Positions 1-6,272 of a stretch of 34,741 bases of DNA are shown piece by piece; the first letter of the stretch is position 1; each line of letters begins with the position of its first letter. Both the position numbers and the translations under genes were made by a program. The notes beneath the pieces were generated by a model. That model ran no database searches and was not told the DNA's origin. It worked only from the letters and a program-made list of their open reading frames with translations. The DNA is from Phycisphaerae bacterium (GTDB taxonomy: Bacteria; Planctomycetota; Phycisphaerae; UBA1845; Fen-1342), in assembly GCA_020058145.1 (NCBI GenBank), contig JAGVEP010000409.1:1-34741 (forward strand). The letters run 5' to 3'.

Positions 1-311
1 AAGCGGTGCGTCGCGTCGCGTGTCGCCGCCACGTTGCCCGCCTCGTCGGTGAAGCGGGTGAGCTGCGCCACGAAGGCGGCGGCGGTGCCACCGGCGTTGT
101 CCCCATCGCCCTGTTGGGCGGGATACGCCCGGTGATCCTGGAAGTAACGCTCGATCGCCACGCGCAGAATTTGCAGGTCCTCGCGCAACACCAGCCCCTC
201 GTCCGGTTTCGTCGCGGCCTGGCCAAGATGGGGAAGGGTCAGCGCGGCGACAATCCCCAGCAGAATGAGCGCCACGACCACCTCAACGATGCTGACGGCT
301 TTGCGGTCCAT
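1..311 (-). CDS. GspG-like pseudopilin (prepilin-type N-terminal domain protein). Only the N-terminal ~103 codons are present; the gene continues beyond the window start.
   Basis: Absent from the ORF track because it has no stop in the window. Reverse-strand translation from ATG 311-309 reads MDRKAVSIVEVVVALILLGIVAALTLPHLGQAATKPDEGLVLREDLQILRVAIERYFQDHRAYPAQQ... This shows a short basic leader, A|VSIVE with Glu at +5, a hydrophobic helix, then the DLxxLxxAIxxYxxDxxxYP motif typical of T2SS major pseudopilins. The start lies 2 nt after the stop of the upstream HD-GYP gene. Confidence 0.6.
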   Translation of the reverse strand, partial: MDRKAVSIVEVVVALILLGIVAALTLPHLGQAATKPDEGLVLREDLQILRVAIERYFQDHRAYPAQQGDGDNAGGTAAAFVAQLTRFTDEAGNVAATRDATHR

Positions 312-313
312 GC

Positions 314-1561
314 CTAGTTCCTCGCCCCCGCGGTCGGCGGGTCGCCGCCCGCGTGCCCGAACCGTGTGCGGAAGCCCTGCGGGTCCGCGGCCATGTGGCG
401 GCGCAGTGTCTCGATGAGCACGCTGGTCAGGTCGGGATCGGTGACCCGGCCGGCTCCCAACTCCAGCAGGCGAATGGCCCCCTCGAACGAGTACGCCTGG
501 CGATAGGGGCGCACCGTGGTGAGCGCGTCCAGTATGTCCACGACGTGAATAATGCGGGCTTCCAGCGGAATTTCGCGGCCCCGCAGCCCACGCGGATAGC
601 CCGAGCCGTCGTGGTTTTCGTGGTGCAGCAGCACCGCTTCGAGCACTTGGATGATCTGGCTCACCGGCTTCAGCACGTCATGCCCGATCTGGGGATGCTG
701 GTGCATTTGCTCCCACTCGTGGGCGGTGAAGGGTCCGGGCTTGTTGAGCACGAGTTCCGGCACGCCGATCTTGCCGACATCATGTAGCAGCCCGGCCCAC
801 TCCAGCGCCTGGAGCTGGCTCGGCGGCAGTCCGAGCGCTTCGCCCAGCAGGCGCGCGTACCCGCCGGCACGTTCCGAGTGCGTGGCGGTGTAATTATCTT
901 TCGCGTCAATGGCGTTCACGAGCGTACACACCGTTTCCAGCGCGGTCTGTTGCAAGTGGCGTACCATGTCCGCGTTGCTCAGCACCTGCGCGCCGTGGGC
1001 GAGGACCGACTCGGCCGCGAGCACGTCGCGTTGCTCGAAAGCCCGCTCCGACGCCGACCGCAACACGATGATCACGCCTGGTTCACACCCCGTGCCCTGC
1101 AGGGCCGCCACGAGGACTCTGGAGTTGGCCAGCGCGGCGGCCTCGCTGGCGCTCAAAACCGGCACGATTGTACGGCCGGTCGTTCGCACCGCTTCGACGT
1201 GCACGGCCAGCGCCTGCCGAACACTATCGGGTCCGGCGGTGACTGCCGCACCCGCGCCGCCGTCCAGCCCGATCTGCTGACAACAGCCCGCCCGGTCCAG
1301 GAACACCGCGCCGGCCGCGAGCAGCGTGCCGAAGCGGCGGATTAAGTCGAGTTCGATCTCGTCCGGGTCCCGTAACTGCGAGATGTGGGCCGTGAGCTCG
1401 AACATGCGGTTGAGCTGTTCGTGCCACTGCAGCAGCTCGCGGCCGAGGCGGTCTTTTTCCTTGGCCAACCGGGCCAGGTGCGCGAGCATGCGGCTCGCGA
1501 CGTCAGCCTCGCGGGCAGCGGCTGCGCTCTCCGTACAGACTGAGACTCGGCCGTTGCTCAT
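314..1561 (-). CDS. HD-GYP domain phosphohydrolase (putative c-di-GMP phosphodiesterase) with an N-terminal coiled-coil/GAF-like sensor region
   Basis: 415-aa ORF starting at ATG 1561-1559. It carries the HDVGKIGVP and HHENHDGSGYPRGL motifs (HD...GYP signature). Calling the N-terminal ~200 aa sensor region GAF-like is inference. Confidence 0.9.
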   Translation of the reverse strand: MSNGRVSVCTESAAAAREADVASRMLAHLARLAKEKDRLGRELLQWHEQLNRMFELTAHISQLRDPDEIELDLIRRFGTLLAAGAVFLDRAGCCQQIGLDGGAGAAVTAGPDSVRQALAVHVEAVRTTGRTIVPVLSASEAAALANSRVLVAALQGTGCEPGVIIVLRSASERAFEQRDVLAAESVLAHGAQVLSNADMVRHLQQTALETVCTLVNAIDAKDNYTATHSERAGGYARLLGEALGLPPSQLQALEWAGLLHDVGKIGVPELVLNKPGPFTAHEWEQMHQHPQIGHDVLKPVSQIIQVLEAVLLHHENHDGSGYPRGLRGREIPLEARIIHVVDILDALTTVRPYRQAYSFEGAIRLLELGAGRVTDPDLTSVLIETLRRHMAADPQGFRTRFGHAGGDPPTAGARN

Positions 1562-2102
1562 GCTACGTGCACCTGGTCAGAGGGATTGACGAAACCACTA
1601 CTCTCCATATCGAGATTCCGGTCCCCGCCAATCGGTTTGTGTCGCCGGGAATCCCTGTGGGGGCGGAGGCGGGCGGAATCTGGGACGTGTCGGCGAGTGG
1701 GAGTCGGATAATTCACTGGCGGGGCGGTTCGGTTCGGTGCCAGCCGAAATGTGACCGCCGACGTCCCCAGCGGGCGCTGGACAGGGGTGGTGTGTTAGAA
1801 ACGCACGCCGCGCGCCGCTGACCCTCACGCCGCGTTAATCGCTTTTTCTCACATTTCGACACCGCGCGAAAACGCCGGGCGCGAAAGGGGTTTGGCGCTG
1901 TGCAATGGCCCGTGCGCCGCCCGGCGGAGTCAGGCAAGGTCAGCCGGGAAATGTCGATTTAGTCGTGCATGCGGCGCGGCGGCGCGGTATTCTGGAGTCA
2001 GCGGGCGATCGCGAGGCCTGGGCCGGCACCAGCCGGGGTCCGACGCCGGGTTCCGCAGGTCGTGGACGTTCATGCACTTCCGGCAGGAACAGGAGTGACA
2101 AC

Positions 2103-2582
2103 GTGTTCGGTAAAGGGCGAGCAGACCGGGGGCGGGACCTCCTTCTGGGTGCAACCGCGTGCTTGGGGATGTGCCTGCTGGCCGCCGGGGCCAGCGCGGC
2201 GGAGCTGCACGTCCCGGGGCAGTACGCCACCATCCAAGCCGCGATCAACGCCGCGCAGAATGGCGATACGGTGATCGTGGCCGACGGCATCTACACCGGG
2301 TCGGGCAACCGCGACATCGACTTTTTGGGCAAGGCCATTACCGTGCGATCTGCGAGCGGCCCGGTGAACTGCATCATCGACTGCGCGCCCGGCATCCACC
2401 GCGGCTTCCGATTCCATTCGGGTGAGGCGGAGTCGTCAGTCTTGGATGGACTGACCATCCGAAACGGGGACGCGCCCCAGGAGGAAGAGTGTTTATCCTC
2501 CGGGGGCGGGATTCTGTGCCGCGACGGGAGCGGTCCGACGATCCGCAACTGCATTCTGCTGCAGAATCACGCGAGCTGGTGA
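2103..2582 (+). CDS. Secreted parallel-beta-helix (PbH1) repeat protein, N-terminal fragment. It ends at an in-frame TGA and continues in the next ORF, so this is probably one interrupted gene.
   Basis: GTG 2103 lies 7 nt after AGGAG (2091-2095). The signal peptide reads MFGKGRADRGRDLLLGATACLGMCLLAAGASAAE. Beta-helix repeat motifs follow (AINAAQNGDTVIVADGIYTG, NCIIDC, GGGILC, IRNCILLQN). TGA 2580-2582 is in the same frame as ORF 2598..3353. Confidence 0.7.
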   Translation: MFGKGRADRGRDLLLGATACLGMCLLAAGASAAELHVPGQYATIQAAINAAQNGDTVIVADGIYTGSGNRDIDFLGKAITVRSASGPVNCIIDCAPGIHRGFRFHSGEAESSVLDGLTIRNGDAPQEEECLSSGGGILCRDGSGPTIRNCILLQNHASW

Positions 2583-2597
2583 GGCGGCGGAGGCATA

Positions 2598-3353
2598 ATG
2601 TGCTGGTACAGCACACCGACCATTGAGAATTGCCTGATTGCGAATAACACGGGCGTTGAAGGCGGCGGAATCTGCGTGTACAACGCTGGGCCGGACAAGG
2701 TCGCCGTCCGGAACTGCATCATCTTGGCCAACGAAGGTGAGTACGGAGGGGGCGTCGAAGGTTGCGGGCTGGTACTGTACGGCTGCACGATCGTGGCCAA
2801 CAGCGAAGGCGGGATTTCCTCCCGCGGCGACACGAGGGTCTACAACAGCGTGATTTGGGGGAACACCCCGTCTCAGATTGTCCACGGCTCGCCGTACATA
2901 GAGTTTAGCGACGTTCAGGGCGGCTGGCCGGGCACGGGTAACATCGATGCCGACCCGTTATTCGTGGACCAGGGCACCGGAGACTTTCGCCTTCAGGCCA
3001 GTTCGCCGTGCATCGACGCCGGCAGCCAGAGTTATCAGCCCCTCACGCTCGAAACCGACTTCGACGGCCGCATGCGCGTTTGGGACGGCAACGGGAATGG
3101 TCAAGCGGTTATCGACATGGGCGCCTATGAGCACGGCTCCTTCCGCTACGGCGATCTGAACTGCGACGGTGCGGTCGATTTCGATGACATTGACCCGTTC
3201 ATTCTCGCGCTCAGCGACCCGGCGGGCTATCAGGCCGCGTATCCGGGTTGCGCGCGCCTCCTGGCCGACGACGACGGCGACGGCGACGTGGATTTTGACG
3301 ACATCAATCCGTTTGTGGCAAAAATCAGCGGAAACGTACGCGATCCGGGCTGA
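2598..3353 (+). CDS. Parallel-beta-helix repeat protein, C-terminal fragment, with a dockerin/EF-hand-like C-terminal module
   Basis: Same reading frame as 2103..2582. It continues the N-x-A/N...GGG-I repeats (NCLIANNTGVEGGGICV, NCIILANEGEYGGGV, GCTIVANSEGG, NSVIWGN). The C-terminus reads GDLNCDGAVDFDDIDPF...DDDGDGDVDFDDINPF, a paired Ca-binding dockerin-like repeat. Confidence 0.75.
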   Translation: MCWYSTPTIENCLIANNTGVEGGGICVYNAGPDKVAVRNCIILANEGEYGGGVEGCGLVLYGCTIVANSEGGISSRGDTRVYNSVIWGNTPSQIVHGSPYIEFSDVQGGWPGTGNIDADPLFVDQGTGDFRLQASSPCIDAGSQSYQPLTLETDFDGRMRVWDGNGNGQAVIDMGAYEHGSFRYGDLNCDGAVDFDDIDPFILALSDPAGYQAAYPGCARLLADDDGDGDVDFDDINPFVAKISGNVRDPG

Positions 3354-3389
3354 CCGGGCGACGACCGGCTCATGATGACGCCAGCGAAA

Positions 3390-3422
3390 CGCCCCAGCCC
3401 TTCCGCTGGAAGGACTGGGGCG
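3390..3422. terminator. Candidate bidirectional terminator hairpin between convergent genes
   Basis: The sequence cGCCCCAGcCCTTCc-gctg-GAAGGaCTGGGGCg forms a 13-14 bp GC-rich stem with one mismatch. It lies 37 nt after the stop at 3353 and ~110 nt after the stop at 3532. There is no clear U-tract. Confidence 0.45.
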
Positions 3423-3531
3423 CTCGCTTGGCGTGTCGCACGGCCTCCTGCCTTGATCCCACGGGCTGCTCGCTCAACCCATCAGATCCAACGGAAGTCG
3501 TTTGCACCCTCGCGTTGTCGTAAGACCCGGT

Positions 3532-5727
3532 CTAGCTCGACAGCAACGCCACGAAGGTGTTGATGTCATCGAAATCGACAATATCGTCGTTATTGCAGTC
3601 GCCGTTCATGAAGTCGCAGTCCGGGTACGCGGCCGCGTAGCCGGCCGGGTCGCTCAGAGCGAGCACGAACGGGTTGATGTCGTCGAAGTCGATCGCGCCG
3701 TCGCAGTTCAGGTCGCCGATGCCCGAGAGCATGCGGAGCACGACGCCGGTCGTTCCGAACGGCGTGCCGGTGCCGTTCGCCAGCACGTAGATCTCGCCGC
3801 TGGCGTCCTGCCCGAAGCCGAGCAGGGAGAGGCCCAGGGCGGTCTGACCCTGGAGCTTGAACTCCTTGAGCACGTTGCCGGTGTCGAGGTAGAAGAGCCG
3901 GCCGTCATTGGCAAACGTGCGGGCGAAATCACCGCACACGTACTTGCCGACGAGATGCGGATATTGGCTGCCGCGGTAAACGAATCCGCCGACGACGGCC
4001 AGGCCGTCGCCATGGTCGTACTCCGCGACCGGGTGAATCAGTCCGGACGGCACATCGAGCGGCCGGTCGGTCACGTAGCCGGCCTGATCGCCGTTAAACA
4101 CGAAGTAGAAGTTGCCCTCCTTGGCGCGCCAGCCGTAATTGCCGCCGGCCACGACCGGGGGGTTGATTTCTTCGATCGCGTTCTGGCCGACATCGGGGCA
4201 GTGCAGGTCGCCGGTCGCGGAATCGAAGGAGAACCGCCAGGGGTTGCGCCAGCCGAGCGAGTAGTTCTCGTCGAGGCCGGCCACGCCGACGAACGGATTG
4301 TCAGCCGGGATCCCGTACTGGCCGTTCGCGGAGTTCGTGCCGTGCGGATCGATGCGAATGAGCTTGCCGAGGATCACGTTGTTATTCTGCCCGTTGCCGA
4401 TGCAGCCGTGGCCGTAGCGCGGGCTGGGGAGCTTGCGATCGCGATCGTCGCCGCCGCCGCCGTCCCCCAACGAAGCGTAGAGCCTGCCGTCCGGGCCGAA
4501 GTTCAGCGCGCCGCCGTTATGATTGAACTGCGGCTTGTCGATGCGCACGAGTTCCCGGCGGCTGTTGGGATCGACGACGGAGTTCGGGTCGGTGGGGTTC
4601 GGGACTTGCCACTCGGCGATCACGCTCTGGCAGTTCGGGATCTGGTTGGGGTCGTTCGGGTCGAGTGTCGTGAAGTCCGCCGTCCCGGTGTCGGGCTCGG
4701 AGGTAAAGGTATAGAGGTAGCCGTTGCTCGCGTAGTTTGGATCGAACGCGATGCCGAGGAGCCCGCGCTCGTCAAAAGTACCCGGCCCGTTGACGCCGAG
4801 CGGCACCAGTCGGGAGTACACGTCGAGGAATACGCTCTTGTCCCCGTTGGACAGGTCGACGGCCCACAGAATGCCGTTCTGGTCGCTGACGAAGAACCGG
4901 CTGTCGCCCGGAGCGGACGCGCCCCAGTTCGGGGCGGTCATCCCGGATGCGATCGGCTGCAGCCGCACCCGGCGTGTCCCTTGCGGGATAGGCGGGAGCG
5001 GATCAACCACGGCCGCCGGCATCACCTGCCCGCGAATCTCGCCGCCGGGGAACAACGAGGTGTGGATGTTCACGTACCAGCGGCCGGCCAGCACATTGGC
5101 AGCGTCGGACGCGCTTAAGCCCGCCGACCCGATGATGGGACTGCCATTCGGCAGCGAGATGCGGACGCCCGCGTTAGAACACGGGTTGGCGGCCCCGTGG
5201 AAATGTGCGGCCGTCTGGCTGCCAGTGAGTCCGCTGAACGTGATGTTCCAGGAGAACAGATTGGTTACGAGGTCGAGCGTTGCCGTACCGCTGCCGGTTG
5301 CCGGGGTGGTCGCCATCGGCACTTCCTGGGCACCGTCCACTGTGATCGTAAAATCGGCATTCACACCTGAGACGATCGTGATCGTGCCCTTCATTTCGGC
5401 CATCACGCAATGGGGGACACAGAAGTAGGGCACCAACCCGACGCCACTGCTGGGGACCACCCAGTCAAACGTCTGGTTTGTGACGTTAATTGCCTGGTTG
5501 AAGTACAGACCGTCGTATGTGCAGTTGGTCCCGGAAGTCGCGGTATGACTGCCGTTGACCCACTGCCAGTGGACCGTGTCGCCCGGCGCCACGGTGATGT
5601 TCGCCGGCGAAAAGGCAAAGTTCTGACACGTCACGGTGTGCGTCGTCGCGGCCGCTCCGGCCACTATCAGTAGCAGCCCGAACACCGTGGCGACTCGCGT
5701 TCTGAAGACCCATACTTGCTCTCTCAT
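3532..5727 (-). CDS. Secreted multidomain protein: cupredoxin-like domain + CHRD domain + PQQ-type glucose/sorbosone dehydrogenase beta-propeller + C-terminal dockerin-like module
   Basis: Start chosen at ATG 5727-5725, preceded by AAGGAG; the ORF-track start at 5982 is an Arg/Pro-rich extension. Signal peptide: MREQVWVFRTRVATVFGLLLIVAGAAA. Cupredoxin: HTVTCQNFAFSPANITVAPGDTVHWQW...YFCVPHCVMAEMKGTITIV. CHRD: GAQEVP...AAHFHGAA...WYVNIHTSLFPGGEIRGQV. GSDH: FNHNGGALNFGPDGRLYASLGDGGGGDD...GWRNPWRFSFD...GGNYGWR. Dockerin-like: GDLNCDGAIDFDDINPF...NNDDIVDFDDINTF. Confidence 0.85.
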   Translation of the reverse strand: MREQVWVFRTRVATVFGLLLIVAGAAATTHTVTCQNFAFSPANITVAPGDTVHWQWVNGSHTATSGTNCTYDGLYFNQAINVTNQTFDWVVPSSGVGLVPYFCVPHCVMAEMKGTITIVSGVNADFTITVDGAQEVPMATTPATGSGTATLDLVTNLFSWNITFSGLTGSQTAAHFHGAANPCSNAGVRISLPNGSPIIGSAGLSASDAANVLAGRWYVNIHTSLFPGGEIRGQVMPAAVVDPLPPIPQGTRRVRLQPIASGMTAPNWGASAPGDSRFFVSDQNGILWAVDLSNGDKSVFLDVYSRLVPLGVNGPGTFDERGLLGIAFDPNYASNGYLYTFTSEPDTGTADFTTLDPNDPNQIPNCQSVIAEWQVPNPTDPNSVVDPNSRRELVRIDKPQFNHNGGALNFGPDGRLYASLGDGGGGDDRDRKLPSPRYGHGCIGNGQNNNVILGKLIRIDPHGTNSANGQYGIPADNPFVGVAGLDENYSLGWRNPWRFSFDSATGDLHCPDVGQNAIEEINPPVVAGGNYGWRAKEGNFYFVFNGDQAGYVTDRPLDVPSGLIHPVAEYDHGDGLAVVGGFVYRGSQYPHLVGKYVCGDFARTFANDGRLFYLDTGNVLKEFKLQGQTALGLSLLGFGQDASGEIYVLANGTGTPFGTTGVVLRMLSGIGDLNCDGAIDFDDINPFVLALSDPAGYAAAYPDCDFMNGDCNNDDIVDFDDINTFVALLSS

Positions 5728-5810
5728 GTCTTGCTCCTTTGGTTTGAATTCAGCCCTTTCCAACACAAAACTCGAAACGCACCACCTGGGCGCTCGCCCG
5801 CCCGGTCTGA

Positions 5811-6080
5811 TCAGTCCACCGTCGCGCCGTCCAGGAGTTCCCGCATCAACGCGGGGCAGTTCACGACATCGACCGCCTCTCGGCACAGCACGCGCAGCCG
5901 TCGCAACCCGTCGCGGTCGATCCACGTCACGTTCTCGAAATCGAGGCGCACCTGGCGGCGTTGTGCTTGCCACCGACGGCACTCAGCCTCCAACTCCGCT
6001 ACCCAGTCCGCTGCGACTTGTCCTTCCACCTTCAGGGTCACGCCGACGCCACTCTCCGCCACTTTTGTGATCCGCAACAT
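5811..6080 (-). CDS. STAS-domain protein (anti-sigma-factor-antagonist-like)
   Basis: 89 aa from ATG 6080-6078, preceded by GGAAGGA. The sequence MLRITKVAESGVGVTLKVEGQVAADWVAELEAE...VRLDFENVTWIDRDGLRRLRVL fits the STAS pattern (l.l.G.l...v.lDl..v.fiD..Gl). The longer ORF-track start at 6137 would overlap the sigma-54 promoter match. Confidence 0.65.
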   Translation of the reverse strand: MLRITKVAESGVGVTLKVEGQVAADWVAELEAECRRWQAQRRQVRLDFENVTWIDRDGLRRLRVLCREAVDVVNCPALMRELLDGATVD

Positions 6081-6120
6081 CGTGATCCTTCCGCCGCCAT
6101 GCGGCTGAATGAATAGATAG

Positions 6121-6136
6121 AGCAACTGGCGTTCCA
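6121..6136 (-). promoter_or_regulatory. Sigma-54 (-24/-12) promoter directing transcription leftward into the STAS gene and the cupredoxin/CHRD/dehydrogenase gene
   Basis: The reverse strand reads TGGAACGCCAGTTGCT, which matches TGGCACG-N4-TTGCW with exact GG/GC spacing. It lies ~41 nt upstream of ATG 6080, in the only AT-rich stretch of the window, and directly downstream of a sigma-54 enhancer-binding protein gene. Confidence 0.6.
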
Positions 6137-6232
6137 ATTAGTACCGAAAATATGCGATTTGTATTAATTCCTTGGCCATAAACGTTTTACGGTCTCAGCA
6201 GCCGCGACGGAGACTTGGCCGACGGGCCCTGT

Positions 6233-6270
6233 TTCACGATCTTTCAGGAATTCCACGAAATTCCGTGAAT
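6233..6270. promoter_or_regulatory. Candidate upstream activator sequence for the sigma-54 activator
   Basis: There is a tandem 10-bp direct repeat, GAATTCCACG (6248-6257) and AAATTCCGTG (6258-6267). It sits within the inverted pair TTCACG (6233-6238) and CGTGAA (6264-6269). The site is ~100-135 bp upstream of the -24 element, a typical enhancer distance. Confidence 0.3.
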
Positions 6271-6272
6271 GC

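Noticed and set aside
6-317. 103-aa plus-strand ORF at the window start
   Set aside because: The opposite strand encodes a convincing pseudopilin N-terminus that starts 2 nt after the HD-GYP stop. The plus-strand product is Arg/Gly-rich with no motifs.
1562-2102. c-di-GMP or other riboswitch upstream of the HD-GYP or beta-helix genes
   Set aside because: I could not find the conserved GEMM-I/II core motifs, or any other riboswitch core I know. I leave it as an unexplained long intergenic region only.
2580-2615. Selenocysteine (or other) recoding of the in-frame TGA, given a hairpin 16 nt downstream
   Set aside because: The hairpin is only a 7-bp stem with a 3-nt loop and lacks the size and apical-loop features of bacterial SECIS elements. 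The residue lies in a structural beta-helix repeat with no redox context. TGA clearly terminates other genes here (for example 3351-3353 and 23055-23057). A pseudogene or sequencing error is more likely.
5728-5982. 85-codon N-terminal extension of the cupredoxin/CHRD gene (ORF-track start 5982)
   Set aside because: The extension is Arg/Pro/Gly-rich and overlaps the STAS gene. ATG 5727 has an AAGGAG RBS and is followed immediately by a signal peptide.
6081-6137. Longer start for the STAS ORF (ATG 6137)
   Set aside because: The extra 19 codons (MERQLLYLFIQPHGGGRIT) overlap the sigma-54 -24/-12 match. ATG 6080 has a GGAAGGA RBS, and the STAS fold begins there. This is not fully excluded.
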